Notes: a model not told the origin generated them from the letters alone. Counted from the stretch's first letter, positions 12,749 to 26,664 are shown. The stretch: DNA of 64,000 nucleotides from Tubulanus polymorphus (GCF_964204645.1 NC_134035.1:5952001-6016000); one strand, 5' to 3'. Numbers and translations are program-made.

Positions 12749-13825
12749 ATAATAACATCGTGTAACGAGACGTACGAGAAATTTCAGTAATAAATCTATA
12801 CGGTCAATTTCACGAGGAGATTCTAAAACTCTTAGATTGCTGTGGTTTCTGCACAGATTCGGTTTATCTTAAATCGATTTAGAAGATACTCGTGAAACTG
12901 AACCCTGGTTTTAAGTCATACAAATCTTTAGGGCAGCACCAGCGTTGTACACTCGTGAAAGATTTAAGTTCACTTTGGTTTAACTCTTGAGCCAAATCCT
13001 TTCTCAGAAATGTGCGACAGGATCTAGTTCCATAGTGGTAATGAGAGAGTTAACTCTGCATGAGTTGAAATTACCGGTAGGCCTGGTTCATTTCCAAGGA
13101 TTTAACTCGAGTGTCAAATCTTGATTCATAACACTGTGAAACTGGGTTCTAAAAATGAATTAAACTATTTAAGAGTCAAACCTAAAACGGCAACTGTAGA
13201 ACCGAGTGGTGCTGTTGCGTGTGCCTAGTAGGAATAGGAAATTAGCTACTGCGAAGGTTTGAGCTGTAACGCGGCCCGGATTTAACGCGGTTGAGATGAA
13301 TATCAATAATGATAAAGTAGGGATTCAAGAAGAGAGTGTGTAATCTAAGATGTGAGGGAATTTGATCGGGGCGAGGGGGAGAGGGTGCGCAATGGCATGT
13401 TGATTATCTTATTAAAAACAAACAGTATCGGGATTTACTTTTCGCGATCGGTCTTTTAACCGTTGACGTTCATTCAATTTAATAAGTTAAAACAAAGTTA
13501 ACCCCCAATGAATTGTTCCGTATAACCAGTCCAGGCGTATACACATATTTTCGATCCATCCGATTTGGAAATATTTCTATGTTAAAGTTTCTATCAATAT
13601 GGAAAACCTGTTAAAATCATCAAAGCGTTGGTCGATCGATATCTTACGGGATATTACGATTGATCGGCACAAAGTGATATCAAAGTTTCATTACATGAGT
13701 ATTTGGCAAATCTCTCTGAACTATTCGATACTGATTGCCACGCGAAGCCCCGAAGCTCATTAAATGTAAATTTCACTCTTGATAGAATCCTAAACACGCG
13801 TTAAAAGGCGAACTAAAAGTCTTAC

Positions 13826-13886
13826 CTAAAGGAACATATTCGACGAGCAGATAAACTAAGATAATCCAGAGATAATGTACTTCCAT
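13826..13886 (-). CDS. quiver/sleepless-like Ly6/uPAR protein, exon 1 (signal peptide)
   Basis: MEVHYLWIILVYLLVEYVPL + G|gtaag phase-1 donor; joins exons 2-3 into an open 429-nt CDS (142 aa, 10 Cys); too short for the ORF track. Confidence 0.8.
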
Positions 13887-14149
13887 GATATACGACCGAT
13901 ATCCATCGCAGTTAAGATGAAACTTACAGCGGGCTTCAGAGCGACATCGCGCCGCACAGTATTGTCGCGTTCGCTCGTTCGCGTACGCGCGGGTTTCACC
14001 ACCACGACGGACTGGTGCTGTTTATACAGATGTTTTACTCGTTGTTTGAGTGGTTGAATATTGAATATAACTCATTGATTCGAATTGATTATAAAATAAG
14101 CGAATGATATAAAGATTTCTATACATGGCGGTATACAACTATTGATTAA

Positions 14150-14640
14150 ACATTCTGAGTTCGGGTTGTAACGAGAAGATACCAATACTCTCAGAATGGA
14201 GTAGAGTCGGAAATGTGTTCTTGAGCTAGTAGCTAATTCGACGTTTCGACTATATTCTAATAGTCATCTTCAGGAATACTAGAAACTTACAAACTTATAC
14301 AGCGCAGCATATTATTCTTGTATATATCAACACGAAAACCATAGTTGCAACGGGTAATTTTGATAACATAATTTTGACCAGTTTTCGTCAGGTTGATGGC
14401 AATATACTGGTTGTGGCCACCCTCTTGTCAACTCTTAGAATCATTCGTAGGCTGCTGTTTAACTTTTAAAAGCATTCCAATTTCCAAATCAAACCCTCCG
14501 TTTCGTTCTCGGGAGGTTTGGAAAGGGACAAATAGCAATAAATGTCAAATCAAATCAATAAATCTAACAAACAAATTAAAAATTGTTTTTTCAAGATTAA
14601 AAAAGATTTGTGAAAAAGTCATTACGATGTGATAAATAGT
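14150..14640 (-). mobile_element. Probable Penelope-like element 3'/pLTR remnant
   Basis: Contains the hammerhead; minus-strand ERNGGFDLEI loosely resembles the NRDxG motif at PLE ORF ends; boundaries approximate. Confidence 0.45.
14226..14282 (-). ncRNA. Minimal type I hammerhead ribozyme (Penelope-associated type)
   Basis: CTAGTATTC-CTGAAGA-T-GACTAT/TAGAAT/ATAGTC-GAAA-CGTC-GAATTAGCTACTAG: intact core, 6-bp stem II, palindromic ACGT stem III, GUC cleavage triplet, bulged stem I. Confidence 0.8.
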
Positions 14641-16869
14641 TTCTCTGTTGGGTGGTTTCAAACTGCAGTAATGCATCCGGCGGCTTAAGGCTTTACCGCT
14701 TAACGACGCCATATATTCGACTACCGGTAGCTTCAAATTCCAAACGAGCTCTCTAAGTTGATCGCAGTTTCCAATCTAAACATCACGACCAAGTCAGATT
14801 GCGGTTAATATCTGTCACGGCCAACTGATCGCCGGATGAATGAATCAAGAAATTTGTAGCGCTTATTAGCGGCTGCCCACCTTATTAATCTATCGTATAT
14901 GGAATCGCTTTCACTCTCGCCCGCGCCGATACCGCAGTACACGCGGATTGCAATAACATCGCGGATAATATACGGAATCGTTACCAAGTTATGGAACTAA
15001 ACGCAAGACTTCAATTTTCCAGTTGAACGCTCTCGATACAGGCGCAGTCAGTCTGCGACGTGGCTGCGTATGAATTGGTAAGGAACGTTGATCTGTCTTA
15101 TCGTACTGACATAACTGTCAATAACAGCCATGAATAACAGCACATGGGTGGCTATTAGTCAACCATCCGGGACCGTCGTGTTTCCCCTTATTGCTATATG
15201 TCAACACAGCACACCGCCACTCCAGTTGCGCTTCTCTACGCAAAAATTCTGCATCGAATTAACGGAAAGGAAGCGTTAAACCGGTTTTAACGTGGCGTCA
15301 AAACGAAAAACTGGTTTTAACGTGGCGTTAAAACGAAAAATGTAGAATAAGAAAAATATTGGCGAGTGCCACTTTTTTTTAATGTGGCCCGAATCAGACA
15401 CCATAGAAAAATGTGCAAAATGAGTCATAAAAATGGCAAGAAATTCGTGTTTGTTAAGAAAGTATTATCATAGGTTAGGACTGGTTGACAGCACACAATG
15501 AGTGGGCAACAGACAATCCTACAACGCGTCTCGACCAGACTGGACCAAAATGTCAAACATCCAACCGACACAAAGTGCAATCAGTTAGAAAATAATATTG
15601 TAAAATGTTAAATAGCAAAGGTTATTCTCAATCTATACGAGTACGGAAGATGTTGAAAAGGGCAAAATGTGCAAATCGTTGTTGTTAAAAGAATACGGGA
15701 TGGACTCGCAAAGACGAATTGCTGTAGCAAAAATTGCATTAATACCCGCAGGACATTTCCGTTCAGAAAACTTTTTACCGAGTACAATTAAAGATTAGAG
15801 ACTGTTATTTTAAAGAGCCTAATGACGGCACTTTTCTTTCGTATAGAAATTTCTTTCTTTTCTTTAGATAATTTTCTTACTGGCTGTAAGAAAAGCCCCC
15901 GATACGCATTTACGGTGTACCACAAAGTAGTTGTTTTCAAACGATAATTTCTGTACCCTGGAGAGAGTCAGATCTATCTTACACGAGTCTAGACTGAAAG
16001 TCTATCCTCCGAAATTGAGCCGCGGATAATGTGTTAGCCATGGTCATTTTCTTTATCCCGGGGATTTCCGAGGTATTTGAGTTGTGACAGGAATTACAGA
16101 AACAGACAGGGAGAAAGAGAGAGAGGCGACGATAGTTCGAAGGAAAAAATACGCTACGCCAAACGATGATCACAGATACCGATTGATTTATTGACGTCAG
16201 CAACAAAAGCTTTCGAGCATCAGCAACTGCAGCGTCAATACCCGACAAATCGATCAACGCGGCCGTTAACAATCCTCTCCCCCCTTAAGATACGACTTTT
16301 ACTTGAAGTAAGTGGTAGAATATATTTCTCGTTAGTGTAAATCGTGCAAATATATCATAGATCACGTGTTTACTGGGCACTGATTATCTCGGGCTATTCG
16401 CGATCCCGACGTGTGGCAAAGGAAAATGTATTACTTCCGCTTATAGAGCGGATGTACACTTGCGTGCAATTCTGGATAGGGATCCATAATTCTGGACTCG
16501 GTAGCTCGACAGTTCGGGACCCGTTTCCTCATTTTCTGGACTCAGTTCCACAGTTCTGGGGACAATTGCACAGTTCTTGACCCAGTCTCACGGTTCTGGA
16601 TCCAGTTCCATAATGGACCTTTGAAAAAGGCCTATTGAGGTAACTCTAACTGACAACTAATAAATATTGATGTCTGATTAGGGAAAGCTATCTACTAAAT
16701 TATCAACAGAATGAAGAAACCAAATTGATTAGACTGCGCCAAGTCAGAATCAATTTCAGACCAAATTATCCACAAATAAAAGCTTTTTTGATGTTGATTG
16801 CCGCTTTTTGCTAGGTCTAATTTCTAGGTGTAATGAAGTGTCGTTTTGAGTTCGCATTTCGCAGGGTTT

Positions 16870-17245
16870 TTGACACGTTAAAACCATTACAAACATGTTT
16901 ATATACATTACCTTACGCGTTATCTATGGGGTTCTGTGTGAGTCGATGTGCGCTACGAATTTTGGCATTTATTTTGTAATTAAATGTATTTCATGACTCA
17001 TATTTAATTTTTGACGGATTTCAATAATCATTTTCTCGAGGATGTGCACAACGTCATCAATATATTTGGGCTAGATTGGTTGCCGGTCAATCTAATTCAA
17101 TTATCGATATTCAAATCCGAAATAGCTTTATTGAACCTTAATATTATATGATAATTTATCTTGTATTATATATTGTCGACAATATCAAGCAACATATATG
17201 TATATGTGCGTTATGTTTCGCCTATATAGGTGTCAATAAACCTTC
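16870..17245 (+). repeat. Dispersed repeat family H, copy 3
   Basis: GAGTCGATGTGCGCTACG ... GGCTAGATTGGTTGCCGGTCAAT ... TTGTCGACAATAT ... GGTGTCAATAAAC. Confidence 0.75.
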
Positions 17246-17949
17246 CAACTAGTTTTCTTGTTCACACGCGCATATGGCCTACCGATGTATGTTACTTGTG
17301 AAATCTGATAAACTAATTCCAGCTACCGCCTTGTCCGTACGTATATACATAAAACGTTCGTCTGTCTGCCGTCGTATATTTTCGCGACATGCGTTTTTCG
17401 ACTAACGAGATTCGATATATCTAACGAGCAACTTTCTTGATCTTCTTTGTCGACATTTTTATTAGATGATGATCCCTACATAATATAGTTTATGTTACCG
17501 TGTTGCTATTAGTTCAAGGCGGCTGGGTTTCACCATTACCAACAAGCGAATGCAGTCTTTTGGAAGTTGACATCCTCTCTTTGCCGATTGTATTCGTTGC
17601 CTTATTTCGTTCTTATTAGTTTCAGCGCTTCTTTCTGTTTGTATTTCAAGTCACTGGATTTGTCTGTCGTCGAGTTTCCGCGATGGTTATCTGACTGACG
17701 ACGAGCGCGAGTATAGCAATCGCCGGGTTGCGTTGGTCTATATATAAATACAACAGCGACATTACAACATCGCGTATTCATTAAAGCACTAATAGGGGTA
17801 ATAATGATAGTAGTAATATTCTCTATATTAATACGTCACGTTCACACATAAAAGACGTCCCCGTTCACATTTTGTATCCCCCATGTTCGGCGTGATTTCA
17901 CGGGCTGTATTAACAAACCATATAATCATCATTTCGATTCTGAGCCGTC

Positions 17950-18390
17950 TGAGACGGAGAGAAAGATGAGAAAAGGGAGATGGAGAGGGAGAGGGGAGAA
18001 AGGAGAGAGGGAAAGAGGAGGAGAAAAAGGAGAGAGGAGACATGACAGAGGAGGGGGAGAGGGAAGAGAGGGGAAAGAAAAGGGGATATGTAAAGAGGAA
18101 AGTGAAGAGAATGGGGAGAGAATGGGGAGAGAGGAGAGCCCGGGGAGAGAGACGAGGCTAAGGAAAGAGGGGAGAGGAGAGAGAGGAATGCCCGGGGAGA
18201 GAGAGGAGAGAGAGGAAAGAGGGGAGAGGAGAGAGAAGAATGATGAATGCCCGGAGAGAGAGGGATAAGAGAGTGGAAAGAGGGGAGAGGAGAGAGAGGA
18301 ATGCCCGCGGAGAGAGAGATGAGCGAGAGTAAAGAGGGGAAAGGAGAGAGAAGAATGCCCGGGGAGAGAGAAGAGAGAGATGAGAGTGGA
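17950..18390. repeat. GA-rich low-complexity tract with recurring GAATGCCCGG sub-unit
   Basis: Purine tract; AATGCCCG recurs about every 56-59 bp from 18187-18362. Confidence 0.9.
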
Positions 18391-20204
18391 GTGATTATGG
18401 TTTGTAGAACTAGCCTCGTCCATTTGTATCAAACGATTTATCATCGTGATTCTTGAGATTAATGAGTAACATCAGAAAACCTAATCTCACCCGACGTCTA
18501 ATGACCACATGTGTCGTGGTGAGGCTTGATTGTGCTGAATATGAGTGAGTGGGTGTGGATGGATTAGCGAGAAACCGTCTATCTGCAACGGTTACGTCTC
18601 TTGGATCTTGTCAGTAAGAAGTTGATTATGCTTGCAACTTTTTTGATAGAGAATTTGGCCTACATTTCATCCCACATATAGGTCTATATATGGGCGTAGG
18701 CCAACCTTTCTGCGCTTTTAGTCACTTAATATGATCAGGTATAGACCTATAGTGTGTTCAAAAAAAGTGAACGCCGCTTTGTATTTTTTCAACGACGGAT
18801 AAACTGCATTTATTGGGAATTTTCATAGAATAACCGTAGGATTTTAACAACATGTCCACGAAATATCTTAGAGATCGGTTGCGAATCGTATCATAAAACG
18901 CAATATAAAAACTGCACAATTCAAGAATATGAATTACTAGCTCAAGGAAACATTTCGACTTAATTCCTTATCTCCTAGTGTCGCGAGCACGAATGAAGAT
19001 ATAGGATAGAGAAATATACCCCGGTTGTTTTTTTTTACCAACATGATAGATGAGTTACTGACTCTGCAGTCGGGTATCTCTAAATTAGGAGTTCTCTCTA
19101 AATTAATCCTATTTAATTCCATATATTTGATTGATTCGCCGAATGTTCGACGAGGTTTTATATTTCGTGCTCTCGTTCGGGTCGTACGTGATTTATGAAT
19201 TGCTAAATCAAATACGCAAATTAAATCGTTGACTGGTAGGTAGAATGCGCGTACACAGCGGTTACTGCACGCTCGTCGCTGTCGATATCAGAAAGGAAAG
19301 ATTATCTTCTTTTATCAGTTGAAATGCGTGCACACACTTTGTCATGCCATCGATCATTCGGATTTTTCGCATGCGCAACGAAGACATTCACAACAGCCCC
19401 TTCCATCTGGCAACAGCAGCAGCCAGTATACCGTCGCGGTATCCATTTATCATTATTCCCTCATTTAAAAGTCACCAGTCGTCCATCTTACTTTTTCTCA
19501 TCCTTTCTGCTGAACAGATTTTTGCTATTTAAACGTCGCGACGAGCCGTTACCATCAGTCAAAAACTACTGTGCCGCTTGTGTCCTGAAATAAGAGAGCA
19601 GCAATCGGCTTTCTTCGTCTCAGATTCTTGCCATAAGACTTTTGCGAATTCCTTCCATTTGGCAACTGCTCATTTGCCGATGCGACCAACATTGCCACCC
19701 GACCATGTTCGCTCTATATTGGTGAAGCAAACACAACCCATGCGTCTTATCTTATATATTATATCTTATATCATCTTATCTAGTCTACTCATAGACTTTT
19801 GCCATTTGATTTTTTTGGTAATCGTTCCATCAGCTCAACTGTCGTCACAACCGGTATTGCCACAATCTTTGATCGGTAACCATCATTCTAAAATAGTATC
19901 TTTTGATACCGCGGAATGTGATCTTCTGTTATACGTGTGTGGTCTACGAAACGTCGATATTCTGAACCCAAACTGAAAGTGACTCCGGCTGTTCGCGATT
20001 CTGTTTAGAACCGCCATAGATATCGAGTTGTCTCTCAATAAGATACCGTTTTAGGTTTCTCGGATGCAAAGCACACGTCAGATGTAATGCACTGCTTTCT
20101 CCATAATCGGAACAACATCCAAACATCTGACGCTTCCACATCACCAAGAAATCGATCGAAGAGACCTGGATCTAGTTCTACCAGCTGTGAGTTAGAACAG
20201 GGAT

Positions 20205-20541
20205 CATCCTCACCCGGTAGGGATTCGAACCTGATGGCATCGAGACTTGCCACGGTACGAAACCTTGCCACACTAGACCGAGTGTGTAGCTACACGCGCA
20301 GCTTAGATGATGTCTCGTTAGAATATCCCGTTTTATTTTAGCCCGGGTTTTCCGCATATATACTAGTTCTTCCGTAGAATTTACCGCAGCGATTATACAA
20401 CGAGCAATCTCATTGGTGCCGCAAGTTTTCGCGCGGCAAAGCTGCGCATGTACCTGCGCACCCGGTCTACTGTGGCACGGCTTCGTGCCGTGGCTGAGTG
20501 TAGCGATGCCATCAGGTTCGAAACCCTGCCAAGGGATGATG
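20205..20541. mobile_element. MITE family B, full copy (inverted relative to 7274)
   Basis: CATCCTCACCCGGTAGGGATTCGAACC ... GGTTCGAAACCCTGCCAAGGGATGATG; TSD not preserved. Confidence 0.85.
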
Positions 20542-20869
20542 GCTAAAATCAGTTCATTCACAATCGGAATGTCTAGCGAGTCCGGCGACGAACACTGGAC
20601 AGAACCTGGCGATCAAACATTAGCGGACTAGTTAGACTGTTTCATCATATGGTTCGAGATATTTCAAAGTGAATTTGCTTGTGATCGATCGCTAGTTATT
20701 TTCTCCCCGAGCGTCCAGTAATAGATCATGTTGTTGGAGGTATCGTTCCGTGTCATTGTCTACTTCCAGGTCGTACCCGTTCAACTCGCAGCTCGTCTGC
20801 ACCTTCTGCACGTAAAGAGCCATAACTAGCCTAAAATCTGCAGCGTACGGGCTTAGTTTTTATCCCGCG

Positions 20870-21181
20870 CAAGCCCGTAGCCAGGATTTTGAAAGGGGTG
20901 TTCTTAAATTTAGAAGAGGGGACTTTGACATGTTTTGTATCATTCAAAAGCAAGTACCGCCAGACACGCCCAAAAATCCTTACTATTCTCCAAGCATCTA
21001 GTGAATATTTTACTCACACTCAAACGTCAGTCATTGGCATCGTATTGTGTTTCTACTAATGCTAGTAGGATATTCGTTTATAACTGTTACCAGAAGATGT
21101 GAAAATTTGAATCAAAAATTTTATTCTAATGAAATTATAAAGGGCACTTTCTAAAAAGGGGCGTTCGTTCGTACGGGCCTG
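20870..21181. mobile_element. hAT-like MITE with 5-bp TSD
   Basis: CAAGCCCGTA ... TACGGGCCTG ends; CCGCG on both sides. Confidence 0.7.
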
Positions 21182-23535
21182 CCGCGTATAGCCACGATTG
21201 ACCTGATCTTCTGCCTGCCAGATATATAGATAGTTCTTAGGTTATCTTCATCGGAGAGAGATGAGATTGCGATTTCCCTAATCCTTCTTAAGAGGGAAAA
21301 ACGTCTTCGTTAGGTTCCGCGGCAGGTTGTGCGCGGCGGGCGGTCCGGTAATCCGTTGCGTCAATATTCTGCTACAGCTGTATCGCAGTATACGTAATAC
21401 AACGCGAATAATCAGCAAACACAAATTAATTGCCCGGTGAAAAAATCGGTGTGGTGAACAACTGCTCCAAGAAGTGACGATTTCTATACGAAAAGTTTTT
21501 ACAGGATGTCGCATTTTGTTCTTACGATAGAACTCGCTTCATTCGGACGACTATGGATTGCGCCCAGATTTCTTCGAATTAAGTAAAACCAGAATTATGA
21601 AATATATGATAGTTTACATGGTTCCGGGTTAAATGGAGCAAATATTTCAATGCGAATCAAGTGGAAATCCGGATCGAGAAATCCGAATCGAACGAGGTCT
21701 AATTGTAAAATTCTAAAATTTTAAATTCGGATAAAATCGCGAGTAAACAACTGTTGACAAATTACTGACGTTCATGCGAAGTTGTGTTGCCCAAATGCCT
21801 ATATGTTGCCCTATATGTTGTATCGAGCATGCCCTATATCGTCTCTCCGTATTGGCCCATATTTCACATATATGACCTTCGTTGAAAATATGGCGGTGGT
21901 GTTACTGCTAATGAATTTATATTCAATTCCCCGCTCTCCGAATATCCATCGCGCTGCCCGACGAATCTATATTTTAACCACCGAAACGAAGACTAATGTC
22001 GCGAACAAGTATTTTATATTCCGACGGAGATAGCGGTGTATGCGCGTTGAGCACGCTGCGGAACCGAAACAGAGAAAAATGCCAGAAAAGATAATGTAGT
22101 AATTGATGTGATGTATTCCGTGTTCGCCAGAGCGTTTGCGTCCGAGAGACGCCGCTGAGAAAAATCTCAAATTATCTGCAGAAATATTCGCTTAATTATG
22201 GCTATATTTGTTAGATTTTAGCTTTAAATTCTTCGAATTTTGCGAGTTTACATCCGAAATTTTGGTATTTGAAAACGATATTTCTAAAGATAGAATGCAG
22301 AATTATAGATATTTCTAAAACTCTTAATTCTTAATTTAATAAATGAATTAATTCTGTTCACTCTGATTTAAAAAAGAAAAATGAAAAAAAGAATTCGTGC
22401 GTATGATTCTGATATTCCGATCCACTCGAGATGGATATATATTCAAACGCGTTAGAAATCTTTTTTCAGATTCCAGAGGAGATATCTTTTTTTCCTAAAT
22501 GTTCGACGATCGTGATAAAAAAACAGTACTTACCCCGCGCGCATAATAATAAGAATTCGCATATCAAATAAGCTAAGGTAATCCAGATGCGTTGTTGAAC
22601 CATGATAAACGATAGTTATCATCATCCATATCAGAGCAATACGCGGATTATCGATACCGATACATCGCACTTATCATTTCTAATCAACAGATCGATGAAT
22701 ATTGCGTGCGCTGGTGACGCGCGACACGTGTGTGAATTTCAAATTCCAATAACGCGTCAGTTCGCGCGAGCTGTGAGCGCAGTTGTATGTTCGCTGGTAT
22801 TGAAATGTATATTATTTCTACTATTACGAATAGTCAGATATTTAGGATTGTGTGTCGGTTTTAGAAGAGAACTGCGGTCTCGAGAGGTTTTCAAGCACTT
22901 GTAGTCTAATGGAGGTACACGCAAGCACACCGGTACCGCATCAAGTCTCGCGACTCTCTCTCCCTCATCCCAATCTAAACCCGCCTATCCGTGCACGCAG
23001 AGTATTATATTACTAGATAATATTCTCTTTTCGTTTTATAAGTCGCTTTTTTGTTGTTACATTTACCGCGTCTGCTTAGTCTGAAATATCGATAGATTCC
23101 CAGACGGTTTCTAACTCATCATCCATTAGTTTCTGATCCCTTCCCGAGAAAAACATCGACATCAAGTATTTCGATGATAAGTTGCCTCCGTCTACATTAG
23201 CGCGCAAAACGTGCCGCTCTCAAAGCGATGTTGGTCTTTCTTCGGTAAAAAACACATTGAACCTTTACACGTCATATCGCTTCTATTGTTTTGTATTTCT
23301 TCGAATTCATTGCGCAAATTCTTCACTGTATTATGTTCTCGATAGATTTGTTAGCGTCGTGGAAATACTTTCAGCTATAAAACGTCTCAACATTTCGTCA
23401 ATTTAATTCAATTACTCATTCTTATTTCTTTATCGCGTATTTTCTGTAAATTCGTTTTCGGCATAGACAGATCAGTTTCAAATTCTCGTATGTGTCTCGT
23501 CAATGACAGAACCGCGCACTATGTAAAACCGCAGT

Positions 23536-23630
23536 CCCGTTGTCGAGACTTGGTCTTAAATCTCGAGATTGGTTTTAAGCTGTCAGATGGTCTCATACTG
23601 GTCTTAAATCTAAGCCACGACTATGGAATT
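23536..23630 (+). mobile_element. MITE family G, degraded copy
   Basis: TGGTCTTAAATCT...ACTGGTCTTAAATCTAAGCCACGACTATG matches 39430-39567. Confidence 0.6.
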
Positions 23631-26474
23631 CGGAAACATATATAAGTCTACGAAGAAATGGATGTTTTCTCCGGTCCCTAAGCGCTGGTTCGTAGCGCTG
23701 TAGCCGTCACGGTTTTCGCACTATCGTGAACAGAATGTCTTTTCTGTTGCAGTGCGACTCGACTATATTAGGATGCGGACGTCCACGTTCTGAATAACTG
23801 CAATCCATCAAGTTGTTTAGAACGATTTCTCTTGTGTCTGCCACGGATCTGATCATATCAGAAATGTCGCGCTGAAACTCCTGTTTTCGAAGGTCACAAC
23901 TTCATTCCGCATAGCCGTGTATTAGCAAATTCGATCATGATATCTAGAATGATATTGGCCTTGAAAATAGAAATAATCCACTCAGATGGAATCGATCCTA
24001 TTCGGATGGGATAAGATTATGAATTTGTATAGTGTCCTGTTAATAATCAAAGGCGCTCTCCAGAAACAGGTGATGACTTGAACAGAAATGTCTTGAGCTG
24101 TCCGAATGCTGGGAGAGAGTCAATATCACGGAGGTGTTGGGGTAGGGCATTTCACATAAAGGCTGCACGTTCCAAATGCCCGTCTGTCAAATGTCTAATT
24201 ATGACGGTGTTTTTTTCTTCCTTGAATTGAACGGAGGTTTTCTTCATTGATACAGCGAACGTAGCCGCGACGTGCAGCTGATGACAGTTCCGGTGTGACA
24301 ACGGGTTAAAGTGTAAATATCACGGATGTGTTGGCGTATTAAGGTATTCCAAATGATTGGTGCCAATGCCCAAAACACACGTTCGCCAAATTCATATATA
24401 CGATAAATATATACGATCTAACAGAGAGAACGGATGCTTTGTTATCGTACATAGGCTTAAATCGAATATTGCGTTTGTTTTGTAGTAGTTTGTCGTCGTG
24501 TTTGTAGCTGTTATAATCTGTAAGAACTCCGCCGTAATCCAGACTGTTGTCCGGTGTGTAAATCACTTCCGCCGGTACCTAGATAACAAGCACATTTATA
24601 AACGAGCTCATCAGGAGCCGACGTTAAATTTATAGCAGTCTCGTACTGGTGATAGAGTAGTACTGATAGGCCTAAAGCCGCACTCTCAAATCTATCTAAT
24701 TAATACATGTGATTGATTCATTGTGATACAGCTTTCAATCGCGGCAACTACTACATGTTTTTATGGATTTGGACGGAGCAAACTCGACTCGGGCTGAATC
24801 TCGTCGTAAATCTCTATGACCTTAGGTTTCGTTCACTGATTGATTACAAATTACATTTGTATTACATTTCGGTTTTATAACTCAAATTCAGTGCCTTGAT
24901 GAAAAGATAAATGGTCTTAATGGTCTCACAAGACGAACTGCATTTATGATGATTCGCAGGAATGATTTCGAAAGGGTTTTCGCTGATTCGCCGTATAATC
25001 TACTAATGATTTGCATTATATTCTGGTTCCTCACCCAATCCTTCTCTCTACAACTCTCTCTCTCTCTCTCTGTATCTCTCTCTAAAAGTGCGATTCAAAA
25101 GAAAATCGATGAAATAAGTTCAAATAATCAACGAGGTTTGGACCCACCTAGTGATCTAATGATATGATATATTCCATGGGTCATTGTCAGTTCAGTGATG
25201 AGCGCCATCCTGATGGTCATCAATCAAGTGGTGAGTTACCACATCGTTGTGGTCATCATCGGGTCATTTCGACGTATTGACTATTGAAGGTCGTTTTGTA
25301 AAATGAATAATCGATAAACCCGCGAAAATCATAAATAGTTTTAAGAAATTCAATATACGTTTTCTGGGTTTATTGGGGCCATGTGTAATCTCGGGAAAGC
25401 CGTACAGTGTACCAGTTCATGCAAAAAACCACGAAGATACATCTGGCCCGCAGTATCACCGCTGAGTTAAACCGTCTTGTTACTGCTATTGTTGATTTTT
25501 CACTTAATCATTAATGTTTCACTTTAAATCAACAATCGTGAATTACCAATTTTCTAAAGGGATAGTTTTCAGTTTCTATTTTTTTTTCTCGTAGCGCACA
25601 GGATATAACAAAAATCCCTCGTTTTCGCTCCCAGGATATTCGATAACATTATAGACTTAAAGTAGACTAAAAACGAGGACTTGACGAGGTATATGATTAT
25701 CTCTCTGTAGCCCCGGGGGATTCGACCTACTGCCGCTTCAGCTGCTGCTGCTGGTGCTGCTGCTACTGGTGTGACAGGAGTGACAGCTACACAGTGACAG
25801 AGCGATCACAACCTCACAGAACACCCAAACATGTAACAAAATCCAAATATCGTATCGAATCAGACCCAACGCCACCGACCGGATATTACTATTTACTGGC
25901 CACGACATTGTGGACTTTTTTGCGGTGAAATGCATCGGCTGCTGCTGCAGTAAATATTAGTTAATGCTGTTTGACACTTCTAACGATTTTTACTGCTCTC
26001 AGAGAGCAGCATGGTTGGGATATACGCTCCAAATAATGCAGTTCCGGTGTAAACCATCAGATCGCTTAGACGGCGCTTCGGATTTGAATTCTGATCATTC
26101 GCTGGATATTTCAGATAACTGTAAAGTGTTTCCGAGCGTAAAAGCAAATTGATATGACCACCACGCATGAACCGTCTATCAGAGCGTATATAATATAGGC
26201 GTTTTACAGTGATGGAGTTCGTATAATGACCCGAGATGTAATGAACTCCCCAAGTCTTTATTACACCGTCTGTAAAATCATGAACCGATTTTGTAACTGT
26301 TTTTGCTGTAAGAGTTTACATTTTCTGGTCATCAGCCTTTGCATCTGTAGCATTTTTTCTTCATTTCAACCTTGTCTCATTTTATGTGAAGTACAAATAT
26401 TGAATTGTGTTGTGAAATACGTATATCATGAAAAGGTATTATGTCACCACTGTGCTTTGTTTTCAATACGAGAA

Positions 26475-26664
26475 CAGGGGTGGATCCAGCGGTGAATTTT
26501 GAAGAAATTGTCCCAAAAGGGCACTTTGACGTCCAAAAAGGCAATATCAGTTGTACCCCAGCGAAATGTATGAATCATCATTGTAGACCAAATGAAAAGG
26601 GCGCTGAAAAAAAAAGATTGATGGACTATTACAAGTCTCACGAGTGCCCCTGGATCCGCCGCTG
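26475..26664. mobile_element. hAT-like MITE with 5-bp TSD
   Basis: CAGGGGTGGATCCAG / CTGGATCCGCCGCTG; GAGAA on both sides. Confidence 0.75.

Noticed and set aside
14021-14026. TATA box for the Ly6 gene
   Set aside because: TATAAA is present on the minus strand but no Inr at the expected spacing; insufficient support
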